A stretch of 64,000 bases of DNA, from sequence record OM386658.1; one strand, 5' to 3'. Both the position numbers and the translations under genes were made by a program. The notes below the pieces were generated by a model. That model saw only the letters and a program-made list of their open reading frames with translations, had not been told where the DNA came from and did no database searches. This document shows positions 9,429 to 17,810 of the stretch, piece by piece. How positions within the stretch are numbered: position 1 is the stretch's first letter; every line of letters begins with the position of its first letter. The stretch comes from Escherichia phage vB_EcoM_ESCO32.

Positions 9429-9526
9429 ATAAGACTAAAATCACTTAAAAAGAACCGCTAGAGTTTGAAGGAGAAAACCATGAGCGAAAAGAGAAATTTT
9501 CTCTAGCGATTCCATTTAAATAATCT

Positions 9527-9601
9527 TGGAGCGAGTAACAGGACTTGAACCTGCACCTGGAGGGTGGAAACCTCATATGCTACCATTAACACTATACCCG
9601 C
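9527..9601 (-). tRNA. tRNA-Gly(TCC)
   Basis: Acceptor GCGGGTA/TACTCGC, anticodon loop TTTCCAC, T-arm GCAGG-TTCAAGT-CCTGT, CCA. Confidence 0.55.
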
Positions 9602-9656
9602 TTAACAATATTACTCTAACATATTATTAGCCCCTTTGTCAAGAGGCTTTTAATAT

Positions 9657-9980
9657 TTATTTTAAAATAGTAGATGCACCACGTCTATTTAGATATGCAA
9701 CCGTAAAGCTCAAATCACCTATTTCTTCAGGTTCCCACTGACCTTCTAAGCCATAACAAGAACAATGATATGCGTGTACTTCATAAAACAAAGATGTTTT
9801 CATATCATAGAAATAAACGTGAGATTCGCCTTCATAATATGCACAATCATAAGTGGCAGAAAGAATTACAATGTTATCCTTATCTAACTCTACTTCATAA
9901 TATCTTTCAACATCTTCAATATCATCAAAACCATCGAAAACATTGATATTAAAATATTTCTCTAACTCTTTTTCTGTCAC
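9657..9980 (-). CDS. hypothetical protein (Cys/Tyr-rich)
   Basis: ORF track; N-terminus trimmed to GTG after AAAGGAG because longer ORF overlaps tRNA-Thr. Confidence 0.35.
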   Translation of the reverse strand: MTEKELEKYFNINVFDGFDDIEDVERYYEVELDKDNIVILSATYDCAYYEGESHVYFYDMKTSLFYEVHAYHCSCYGLEGQWEPEEIGDLSFTVAYLNRRGASTILK

Positions 9981-10002
9981 ATACACTCCTTTAGAGTTAA
10001 AT

Positions 10003-10076
10003 TGGTGCTCCCACAAGGACTCGAACCCTGATAAGTTGCTTACAAGGCAACCGTAATAGCCGTTATACGATAGGAG
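10003..10076 (-). tRNA. tRNA-Thr(TGT)
   Basis: Acceptor GCTCCTA/TGGGAGC, anticodon arm GTTGC-CTTGTAA-GCAAC, T-arm CAGGG-TTCGAGT-CCTTG, CCA. Confidence 0.6.
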
Positions 10077-10156
10077 CAAAATATTTGCTTGGTAGGATTT
10101 GATACCTACAATTCTAGAAAATTCTAGAGGTTTCTATTAACTCTACAAGCACTATT

Positions 10157-10241
10157 TGGCGATGGATCAAGGATTTGAACCTTGCTAGAACTTTCGTTCA
10201 CGGATTAACAGTCCGTCGCCCAACCACTAGGCCAATCCATC
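10157..10241 (-). tRNA. tRNA-Asn(GTT)-like with extra long variable arm (atypical)
   Basis: Anticodon arm ACGGA-CTGTTAA-TCCGT (Asn-like), then GAAC-GAAA-GTTC extra hairpin, T-arm CAAGG-TTCAAAT-CCTTG, acceptor GATGGAT/ATCCATC, CCA. Confidence 0.4.
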
Positions 10242-10248
10242 TTTAATT

Positions 10249-10335
10249 TGGTGCAGGTAGTTGGACTCGAACCAACGAAGCCCCGAAGGGCAGGAGATTT
10301 ACAGTCTCCAGCAATTGCCGCTATGCGATACCTAC
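10249..10335 (-). tRNA. tRNA-Tyr(GTA), type II
   Basis: Acceptor GTAGGTA/TACCTGC, anticodon arm GGAGA-CTGTAAA-TCTCC, long variable arm, T-arm GTTGG-TTCGAGT-CCAAC, CCA. Confidence 0.6.
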
Positions 10336-10340
10336 GTGTT

Positions 10341-10416
10341 TGGTACATCGTGAAGGATTCGAACCTTCGACCTTGGAGTTAAAAGCCCCTTGCTCTACCA
10401 ACTAAGCTAACGATGT
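10341..10416 (-). tRNA. tRNA-Lys(TTT)
   Basis: Acceptor ACATCGT/ACGATGT, D-arm GCTT-AGTTGGTA-GAGC, anticodon loop CTTTTAA, T-arm GAAGG-TTCGAAT-CCTTC, CCA. Confidence 0.65.
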
Positions 10417-10586
10417 ATAAATTATCTTTAAAATAGCCAGTGTTCGCACCACTGACTATGAGGTATCGGTAAGATGGTGGGGGCCATCTGCCGAAAGTCT
10501 ACTCTATTAAAGTAAGATGGTTGCAGCCATCCTTCCAAAAAGTTACACCAAGCAACTAAGAGTAACAAGCTACATTAAAGATAACT

Positions 10587-10672
10587 TGGCGGTAGATGTA
10601 GGACTTGAACCTACACGCCGTTTCCGACGACAGTTTAGCAAACTGTTGTGGCTACCATTTCACCAATCTACC
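10587..10672 (-). tRNA. tRNA-Ser(GCT), type II
   Basis: Acceptor GGTAGAT/ATCTACC, anticodon arm ACAGT-TTGCTAA-ACTGT, long variable arm, T-arm GTAGG-TTCAAGT-CCTAC, CCA. Confidence 0.6.
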
Positions 10673-10680
10673 GTTCTTAA

Positions 10681-10833
10681 TTATTCAAAACAACCGGAAT
10701 CTTTTTGTTCTGTTTTTACCATACGAATATTCTTACCATCTTCAGATTGTTGAAGATTAGAATACTCATAAACAACTTTATTATTTACAATCTTAACTCC
10801 GGTAACAACCTGTCCAATAGTTTTATAATTCAT
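10681..10833 (-). CDS. hypothetical small protein (about 50 aa)
   Basis: ORF track trimmed to internal ATG (MNYKTIGQ...) preceded by AGGAGC; sits between tRNA genes. Confidence 0.3.
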   Translation of the reverse strand: MNYKTIGQVVTGVKIVNNKVVYEYSNLQQSEDGKNIRMVKTEQKDSGCFE

Positions 10834-10851
10834 AAAGCTCCTAAGAGAATT

Positions 10852-10941
10852 TGGAGGAAGATAATGGAGTCGAACCATCACCGTATCGCTACAATGGGCC
10901 AGGGTTCAAACCTGGTTGCGCACCGCTGCGCCCTACCTTCC
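10852..10941 (-). tRNA. tRNA-Ser(TGA), type II
   Basis: Acceptor GGAAGGT/ATCTTCC, anticodon arm CCAGG-TTTGAAC-CCTGG, long variable arm, T-arm GATGG-TTCGACT-CCATT, CCA. Confidence 0.55.
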
Positions 10942-11004
10942 TGTTACCATACTTTAAATCTAACATAAAACTATCTTGCTTGTCAAGTAGTTTTTAAAAC
11001 TTTT

Positions 11005-11086
11005 TGGCCGGGGTGACAGGATTCGAACCTGCATACTCCAATTACTCGGTTAACGCCTGATTAGAAGTCAGGTGAGATACACCCCG
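11005..11086 (-). tRNA. tRNA-Arg(TCT)-like element with atypical architecture
   Basis: Acceptor CGGGGTG/CACCCCG, anticodon arm CCTGA-CTTCTAA-TCAGG, T-arm GCAGG-TTCGAAT-CCTGT, CCA; but only 5 nt where the D-arm should be and a 23-nt segment between anticodon and T arms. Confidence 0.35.
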
Positions 11087-11267
11087 TTTTCATAATGACT
11101 ATAACAAAAAACTAAGTAAATGTCAAGATATTTTTTACTAAAATTACTATTTAAATTGAAGCCTAGTTATGGAATCGAACCATATTTCGTATTTAGTTAG
11201 ACAAAGCGGTCTAACATATTTTTCAGGCTTTGATGGCCTCGGAATTACCAAATACCCTACTAGGTGT

Positions 11268-11353
11268 TGGTGCAAGTGGAGGGATTCGAACCCTCAAGCA
11301 TTTAAGCGTTGCGTTTTAAGCACAATGTGTATCACCAATTCCACCACACTTGC
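11268..11353 (-). tRNA. tRNA-Leu(TAA), type II
   Basis: Acceptor GCAAGTG/CACTTGC, anticodon arm TTGTG-CTTAAAA-CGCAA, long variable arm, T-arm GAGGG-TTCGAAT-CCCTC, CCA. Confidence 0.6.
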
Positions 11354-11384
11354 ATATAGGAGATGCATAGCACCTCCTTTTAAA

Positions 11385-11460
11385 TGGTGGTTCCCCAGGG
11401 TTACAATCCCTGCCCTCGACACTTATGAGGTGTGCGCTCTCGTCAGTGAGCTATGGAACC
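11385..11460 (-). tRNA. tRNA (CAT anticodon; Met or Ile2) with non-canonical T-loop
   Basis: Acceptor GGTTCCA/GGGAACC, D-arm GCTC-ACTGACGA-GAGC, anticodon loop CTCATAA, T-arm CAGGG-ATTGTAA-CCCTG (no TTC), CCA. Confidence 0.45.
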
Positions 11461-11467
11461 TTGAATA

Positions 11468-11734
11468 TTAAGCATACTGGGTCATTTCACCAGCTTCGCG
11501 TTTCTCCAGAAGAACTGCAATCAAAGCAATAGCTGCTTCTTCTTCGTGAGGAAGCCCCATTTCATCCAGAAGAGCAAGGAAGTCAATTACCAAACTTTCT
11601 GTTTTAAGGCTAACGCTACCATTTTCGTTTTCAGTAAGAACTGATTCAGGATCAAAAATAAAGATTGCTCCACCTTTATTATCAATCAATACGTGCTTCT
11701 CAATCAATTCTTTGCCATAAGTCTTTTCTGTCAT
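11468..11734 (-). CDS. hypothetical protein
   Basis: ORF track; 88 aa acidic protein. Confidence 0.35.
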   Translation of the reverse strand: MTEKTYGKELIEKHVLIDNKGGAIFIFDPESVLTENENGSVSLKTESLVIDFLALLDEMGLPHEEEAAIALIAVLLEKREAGEMTQYA

Positions 11735-11912
11735 AGTTTTCTCCTTTTGTTTAACTTGTGCTTATCTTAGCAAATAACTAGCTATGTTGTCAACTAGTTT
11801 TTACAATATTTTTCTTGATCTGTAACCTAGTGTATAACCGCATACAAAAGATACAATAGCAATAAAAACAGATAAGCCAAAAATAATTTCTGTAGACATA
11901 CTGTTTCCTTAA

Positions 11913-12134
11913 TTATGTGAAATCTAATTCCTCCTCTGGTGCTGTGTAATTTAGAAGAAGATCAGTTACACTTTGATGTTGATAAACCCTTTCGGGACTG
12001 TCGTCGAATGCCAAACTTGTACAAATCGAGCATAGATCCGACTCTTGAATATTACCATTCCTGTCTCTACGGGAGTGATTAGTCAAGTGTCTGTTACAGG
12101 CTCGGCAACGAAAATAAAAATTATGTTGTTTCAT
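11913..12134 (-). CDS. hypothetical zinc-ribbon protein
   Basis: 73 aa with CRACN...CSIC Cys pairs. Confidence 0.35.
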   Translation of the reverse strand: MKQHNFYFRCRACNRHLTNHSRRDRNGNIQESDLCSICTSLAFDDSPERVYQHQSVTDLLLNYTAPEEELDFT

Positions 12135-12205
12135 AAATCCTTCGTGAAGCCCATCCAGGGCAGTTGCAGGCTCTCCTTACCTTAATCTTATCACGAAGTT
12201 TTTAT

Positions 12206-13939
12206 TTAGTCAACCTGGATGGTTCCCATAGTACGAAGAACCTCTACATCAACACGGTTGCGGATATCAGTAAATGTTTCATCACGTCCTTCTACTTGTG
12301 GTGTAATAACCGTACCATCCCTGAAGATAACTTTTAACTCATTGTCTTCATCTTGGATATCTTTAAAAGAAAGATTATCCACAAGAGAAAGTTTACCGTT
12401 TGTATCCTTAACAACCTTAATAAAACCTTTTGCAGAGCGTTTACCAGGATCAGTTTTAGGCTCCTTACTTACCAAAATTTCGTGTTCACCGATGATACTA
12501 CCTGTTGCTTTAACAGCAAAACCAAAAGTATCTCGTGTATTGAACTGATAAGTATAACTACCAACACCAAATACAATATTGGAAGCTGCAAAACCTTTCT
12601 TCTTCAGTCGGCGTAAGATCTCGTGTTCTCGTTCAACAGTAATAGAATCACCATAAATCATACCGATGTGCTGATCAAGAACCTTGTAGCCTTTTCGGTT
12701 GATAGTACCACCAAACACTTCCCAAAGGATTTGAATAGAACCTACTGCTTCACAATAAGGAATCTCATAAGTTTCATCAATACAATCAGCAACACTGCAA
12801 TCCTGAAGAACATTGTAATACTTATTAACATCAGCCAAATGAACTACTTCAGTGGCTGTAGCAATACCATTATTTAAAAGGTCTTCATAGTTATCAAAAG
12901 ATTCAACATTGTATCCTGCAACAACTTTAACCGGATCTCCTGAATCTGGACGAATAACAAGACGACCATTTCGTGACATAATGGACTCTTTCAATTCTAC
13001 CAGAATGCGAGTCAAGACAGCCCAGTAATCATAAGAATCTGCTACATATGAACAAAAACCTTCTGGAACAATTTCTTCAATATAGCGGCGAAGAAACTCT
13101 TTCTCTGCTACATAACGAAGCCCATCAACATCATCTTTAAGATGTGGGAAATGTTTCTTCAGATCTTCAACAATAGCTCCAATGTTAGTCGTTGCTACTG
13201 AATGTTCTGTTGCCGGAATAGAACCTGCAACAAATTGATCATAATCAATACCATAGTAATCATGCACAGTTTCAATAGCCAGAATATTATCTGTTCCTGT
13301 GAAAGATGCCAAATGAGCGATACCACTCTTATAACCATCTTCGATATTGCTTAAGCCACGTAGACTAAAGTCATGACACTGGAAATTAACGTGATCAATG
13401 TTATCACACGTTGCCATCGCATACGCCATAGCGATACGCTTATACTGAAAAGCTGCTGTGGCATTAGTCATTGTCTTCCAAGTTTCATCTGACAAGAGTG
13501 TTTCCACATAGTTAGTTAACCAAAAGAATTTTTCTAAAGTGTTATGCACAGTAAACACAGGAACACCAATAGGACACAAAACACCTTCTGGCAGAGATCG
13601 AACTTCTAGCGGAAGATAACCTAAGTCGTGCAATTCTCCCCAACATTCAGCAGAAGGAGCAGAAGCACCTAATGCATTTTTAGACATACGGTAAAATTTA
13701 TTTACTGCTGCACTACGAGACATTTTAAAGAAGCTATCCCACATAGTTACAAGAGCATCAGTAACTGCTCGACGAATACCTAAAACAATTACACCACGTG
13801 CTTCACGATCTGCATAGTGTGCAAAGTTTTTATCATTACGAGGAGTTAAATTAGAGAAAATGAGTTTTGTATTTTGGTTGTACATCTGCTTGTGACCAGG
13901 CTTATACCAATCAGTAGCAAAAGGTGCAAAAATATTCAT
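12206..13939 (-). CDS. nicotinamide phosphoribosyltransferase-like enzyme (NAMPT family; Namat-type of phage NAD+ reconstitution pathway)
   Basis: 577 aa, NAMPT-like length and composition; immediately downstream of PRPP-synthetase-like gene, the arrangement described for phage NARP1. Confidence 0.75.
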   Translation of the reverse strand: MNIFAPFATDWYKPGHKQMYNQNTKLIFSNLTPRNDKNFAHYADREARGVIVLGIRRAVTDALVTMWDSFFKMSRSAAVNKFYRMSKNALGASAPSAECWGELHDLGYLPLEVRSLPEGVLCPIGVPVFTVHNTLEKFFWLTNYVETLLSDETWKTMTNATAAFQYKRIAMAYAMATCDNIDHVNFQCHDFSLRGLSNIEDGYKSGIAHLASFTGTDNILAIETVHDYYGIDYDQFVAGSIPATEHSVATTNIGAIVEDLKKHFPHLKDDVDGLRYVAEKEFLRRYIEEIVPEGFCSYVADSYDYWAVLTRILVELKESIMSRNGRLVIRPDSGDPVKVVAGYNVESFDNYEDLLNNGIATATEVVHLADVNKYYNVLQDCSVADCIDETYEIPYCEAVGSIQILWEVFGGTINRKGYKVLDQHIGMIYGDSITVEREHEILRRLKKKGFAASNIVFGVGSYTYQFNTRDTFGFAVKATGSIIGEHEILVSKEPKTDPGKRSAKGFIKVVKDTNGKLSLVDNLSFKDIQDEDNELKVIFRDGTVITPQVEGRDETFTDIRNRVDVEVLRTMGTIQVD

Positions 13940-14010
13940 AGTTATGTCTCCTTGTTTGTTAGTGTGGGAGTATCTTACTAAGCATACTCCCTATTGTCAA
14001 CACTTATTAT

Positions 14011-14904
14011 TTAAAAATTCCACACGTATGGAGATACAATTTGTTGTTGCAAATCTGACTGATTCTTAACAAGAACACCGGAATCTTCTTGGATGTTATC
14101 TTCCCACACATTAAGAGAATGAATGCAGTCAAAGTGCTCACTTAACTCTTTAAGACCTTTAGAAAAGATACCGTGTGTAACATATAACTCAATCTTACCT
14201 GCGTTACGAGCACGTAGCACTTTAGCCAATTCAATAAAAGTTCTACCGCCGTCACAGATATCATCTACGATCATCAGGTTACGCTTATTGAAATCCTGTA
14301 CAGAAATGTCTGTACGAACAATAGCACCTGTTGCAGTATCTCTAACCTTCTCTGCACAGAACACATCTAAAGACATTTTCTTAGATAATTTAAATATTTT
14401 CTTAAGAGCACCACCATCAGGACTAACAAGAGCAAAATTCTCCATACGTAACTTCCACTTTAAAGTTTCGTAAGCAATCTCTTCTTGAGGTATTACACAG
14501 AGTCTGTCAAACACTGCTGGAGTAACATCACTATGTGGATCAGCAACGATAACACGTGAGAAATTTAATGAATTAATTATAGAAGCAAATGCTTTAACTC
14601 CGAATGCTTCCCCAGGTTCACACACTCTGTCTTGTCGTGCATATGGCACATACAACATGAGCAAATCAACACAATATGGTTTATGATATAGCATATTGTC
14701 CAATGCATTCTTAGTCATAACCAAAGTCATCAAGTCTTTAGCAGATCTTACTTCTAAAGAGAGTAAGATTCTGTCTGTAGCATGATTGAAACCTGATAGA
14801 TTCGTGTCTAGTTGAACATGTTGTTCTCCACCAGAGAACGTAAAGACTTTAACGTCTACATCAGTAACATAACAGTCAACACCATGTAGAATACTAACTT
14901 TCAT
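14011..14904 (-). CDS. ribose-phosphate pyrophosphokinase-like enzyme (Prs family; Adps-type of phage NAD+ reconstitution pathway)
   Basis: 297 aa; Prs-like motifs VSPDGGALKK and MIVDDICDGGRT (PRPP-binding loop); adjacent to NAMPT-like gene. Confidence 0.75.
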   Translation of the reverse strand: MKVSILHGVDCYVTDVDVKVFTFSGGEQHVQLDTNLSGFNHATDRILLSLEVRSAKDLMTLVMTKNALDNMLYHKPYCVDLLMLYVPYARQDRVCEPGEAFGVKAFASIINSLNFSRVIVADPHSDVTPAVFDRLCVIPQEEIAYETLKWKLRMENFALVSPDGGALKKIFKLSKKMSLDVFCAEKVRDTATGAIVRTDISVQDFNKRNLMIVDDICDGGRTFIELAKVLRARNAGKIELYVTHGIFSKGLKELSEHFDCIHSLNVWEDNIQEDSGVLVKNQSDLQQQIVSPYVWNF

Positions 14905-15324
14905 TGTTTATCTCCTTAGTTGAGTTAGGACTTTATGTTCTCTACTCTACATACAGATAGATCTAAAGTCAATAGATATTTATTATTTAATTTATTATTT
15001 AATTAATAATAAAATTAATAAAGAATCTATTGTTAGTATAGAGTATGTATGTTAGTATTATAGACATAACATAGTGCTATATGTAGACTACTCAGTTGTC
15101 TGTTAGATCATGTATCACAAGATTAGATAACACCCCTCGCTGCGCTCGGCGTTTTTCGGGGGTTAGGGTAGCATACTTTTTTGCGTTTGTCAACACCTTT
15201 TTAGATTATTTTTAAGTACAACCTAAACCTCCTAAAAACGATTGTAACGAGTTTTACTGTGAGGTAAGGTGATTGCATATCTTAAAGGCCATTAGCTCGT
15301 TACAGAGCTATACAGGAGGGAATA

Positions 15325-15693
15325 ATGAGGGTCACACGTTACGTTAGAAGTGAAACAGTAGATGGAGGCATAATGTATGCTTTCTACGATGATAAAACTT
15401 TTTGTTCTGCGTTCTATGAAGAAGACTTGTCTACGGAATGGCAACAAATCATCTTCTTACTTGACATTTTGAAAAGAAGAGATAACTTTGAAGGTATTGA
15501 GTGGACAGTGGGAAGCAAAGTTATCATCCCAGGTTTAAGCAAACATGAGTTGCTTGACTTAGATTGCAAACTTTGTAATTATCAATTCTCAAAACGTTTA
15601 CCATTAGAAAGACAGTTAGGAGTTGAGATTCATGTTGACTTGGGCGATGGAGTATCCTATACTCTCAACAATCATAGTGCTGACGTTAATTAG
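15325..15693 (+). CDS. hypothetical protein
   Basis: ORF track; first gene of plus-strand block, RBS GGAGGG upstream. Confidence 0.35.
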   Translation: MRVTRYVRSETVDGGIMYAFYDDKTFCSAFYEEDLSTEWQQIIFLLDILKRRDNFEGIEWTVGSKVIIPGLSKHELLDLDCKLCNYQFSKRLPLERQLGVEIHVDLGDGVSYTLNNHSADVN

Positions 15694-15759
15694 TGGGATC
15701 ACAAAGTGCGTCACGAGCATTTGCGATTGTTTAACACATTTTAAACAAAGGAAAAATAA

Positions 15760-15957
15760 ATGAATCAAACTATGCAAACAATCTATAGAGTAATTCTTGG
15801 TGAGTTCCATGTTGTTAAGTCAACATTGAATTATGAAGAAGCTAAAGAGAATTTCTTGCTTTGGGTTGAAGCATTCTCTGAAGTTGAAAAGGTAAGTTAC
15901 AATTGTGTAACTTTGACTGCTGATCACGTACCTGTTTTGGAGTTTATTAAAAAATGA
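15760..15957 (+). CDS. hypothetical protein
   Basis: ORF track; tightly packed co-directional gene. Confidence 0.3.
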   Translation: MNQTMQTIYRVILGEFHVVKSTLNYEEAKENFLLWVEAFSEVEKVSYNCVTLTADHVPVLEFIKK

Positions 15958-16193
15958 AAAAAGAAATTTTAACTGATGTAACATATTCTTGTATTAGTAA
16001 AGGTGGTTTATATCGTGTAGTTGGTTTTCCTAAACCAGCGGGTGTATCTAAAGTGTTTGATCCTGTTGTGATCTACGAAGATGTAAGGACTGGTCAACAG
16101 TATTGGCGATTCCAGCAAGATTTCTTACACCGTATGGAGGTTGTTGATGGCGAAAACACCGAAGAAGCGATCCGTAACAAAGCACGCATCTAA
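15954..16193 (+). CDS. hypothetical protein
   Basis: ORF track; start overlaps previous stop. Confidence 0.3.
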   Translation: MKKEILTDVTYSCISKGGLYRVVGFPKPAGVSKVFDPVVIYEDVRTGQQYWRFQQDFLHRMEVVDGENTEEAIRNKARI

Positions 16194-16482
16194 AGAGGGG
16201 GCGGCAAAGGCCGCTCCTAAGAAACAAAAATTTGACACAGAGGCTTTTGTCTTTGATACCCCAATAGAGAAGATAGAAGAAGCTCTTGCTAGATTTGAAG
16301 AACGTGATGAAGATCCTATGGCAGATCCTTTCACAGAAGATGAATTGTATTGGTTTGGCTGGTGGGTTTTGAATCTACCAGAAGCTAAAAAACGAGGAAT
16401 GAAATCAGTTCCTATTTGTGCAAAAGAGTCGGCTGTGTTAGGTTTATACGAGAAGCCTAAAAGAAGGAGCAAAAAGAAATGA
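16147..16482 (+). CDS. hypothetical basic protein
   Basis: ORF track trimmed to ATG after GGAGG; Lys-rich N- and C-termini. Confidence 0.3.
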   Translation: MAKTPKKRSVTKHASKEGAAKAAPKKQKFDTEAFVFDTPIEKIEEALARFEERDEDPMADPFTEDELYWFGWWVLNLPEAKKRGMKSVPICAKESAVLGLYEKPKRRSKKK

Positions 16483-16757
16483 GAAAAACCTACCTGAAGT
16501 GTTTGTCTGTTGTGCAAAATGAATGGTATTCAGGTTTGCTGATAGTAGGTAAGAAATATGAAGTGCTCAATAAACCAGGGGCAAGGTTTTCATTAATTAA
16601 GAACGATGAAGGCACTGAAATGCTTATTTCAGTTGCAGATTCTGTGTATGGTACTTTTGAGTTTGTCTATGAACATGCACCAATTATTCTTGAATACAGC
16701 GGTACAAACAAACCTTACACAGCTTTAGATGTGATCAACAACAAAAGGAATAAATAA
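16479..16757 (+). CDS. hypothetical protein
   Basis: ORF track. Confidence 0.3.
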   Translation: MRKTYLKCLSVVQNEWYSGLLIVGKKYEVLNKPGARFSLIKNDEGTEMLISVADSVYGTFEFVYEHAPIILEYSGTNKPYTALDVINNKRNK

Positions 16758-16948
16758 TGTTCCTTATTTATTCAGGTAAAGCCAAATACATGCAAGGTGT
16801 AAAGCGTGTAGAAGTAGTAGATACTGTAACTATAGGAAAATCCTTTATTCTTTATCTGTTTTATGTCAATGGAGAAAGATTTGCTGTTTCTAAGCAATTG
16901 GTAGATAAAGGTAAAACTTGGAAAGAAGAGAAACAGGAAGGGGGTTGA
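16757..16948 (+). CDS. hypothetical protein
   Basis: ORF track. Confidence 0.3.
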   Translation: MFLIYSGKAKYMQGVKRVEVVDTVTIGKSFILYLFYVNGERFAVSKQLVDKGKTWKEEKQEGG

Positions 16949-17292
16949 TAGTGGCTAAAATTCTTTGGTTAGACGATTTAAGAGATCCTAAAGATTATGG
17001 TTATGAGGATGCCATTTGGTTAAAATCTTTTGGGGATTGGTCATCTTTTGTTTCAGATGAAGATAATTTCAATAATATCTCAGAAATACACTTCGATAAT
17101 GATCTTGGGGAAGATCAAGAAGGCTATCATGCGTTCTTAGATGTAGAATGTATGTTGTACGCTGGTGAATGGGATGCTCTTAAAACTATCTATGTTCATA
17201 CATCAAATCCTTCTGCTGCTGGTAAATATATGTTAGCTAAGGAAAATTTTATTGCATCCTATGGTGTTGAAATTAAACGTGTTAACTATTAA
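16918..17292 (+). CDS. hypothetical protein
   Basis: ORF track; true start may be downstream. Confidence 0.3.
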   Translation: MERRETGRGLIVAKILWLDDLRDPKDYGYEDAIWLKSFGDWSSFVSDEDNFNNISEIHFDNDLGEDQEGYHAFLDVECMLYAGEWDALKTIYVHTSNPSAAGKYMLAKENFIASYGVEIKRVNY

Positions 17293-17447
17293 GTAGGTAT
17301 TATGCATTACTCAGTCTGGTCAGAGCAAGAAGAGGATGAAGGGCATTTTATCTATAGAGAGGAAGAAAATTGGAGCGATACGAGTAATGATCTTTTACTT
17401 CCTGATTACAGTTTTTTCGCTGATAGACTAAAAGAGTATGGAGAAAA

Positions 17448-17810
17448 TTGATGTGCGCTACTAATCAACATGATATTTGTTACCAACCTCTCACTTGGAT
17501 TGGTGAGGATCACTATGCTCAACGTGTTATAGTCTGCGCTGCGAACAAGTATATTCTTAACAATGGCGAAGAGTTAATTATTCCTTGTGTTAGGCATGCA
17601 AATCCTGTACTATCTGCACAACTTAATGTTTTAAAAGATGCAGGATTGATCGATAAACTGTTTTGCTTACCTGATAATCAAGGGTTTATTGATCAGTATT
17701 ATAACTGGTGGAGTCGCAAAGATGCTTATGTCATTGCAGATAACGCCAAACAAATTAACTACGAAAGAAATGGTCACAACAGTGAACTATTCAGCGAGGG
17801 ATTATACTAA
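17448..17810 (+). CDS. hypothetical protein (Cys-containing)
   Basis: ORF track. Confidence 0.3.
   Translation: MMCATNQHDICYQPLTWIGEDHYAQRVIVCAANKYILNNGEELIIPCVRHANPVLSAQLNVLKDAGLIDKLFCLPDNQGFIDQYYNWWSRKDAYVIADNAKQINYERNGHNSELFSEGLY

Noticed and set aside
9440-9526. Inverted repeat CGCTAGAG ... CTCTAGCG between tRNA-Gln and tRNA-Gly
   Set aside because: Could be a processing hairpin or spacer structure, but no T-arm or anticodon features; too little evidence to call an RNA gene.
11160-11255. Possible additional tRNA suggested by a GGAATCGAACC T-arm signature
   Set aside because: No encoded CCA, no pairable acceptor stem and no D-arm could be found by hand; left uncalled pending tRNAscan-SE.
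8576-11471. Plus-strand ORFs in the six-frame track across the tRNA region (8576..8824, 9089..9349, 9190..9381, 10517..10753, 10705..10968, 11169..11471)
   Set aside because: They lie antisense to and overlapping the minus-strand tRNA genes, have no ribosome-binding sites and are low-complexity; judged artefacts of the tRNA array.
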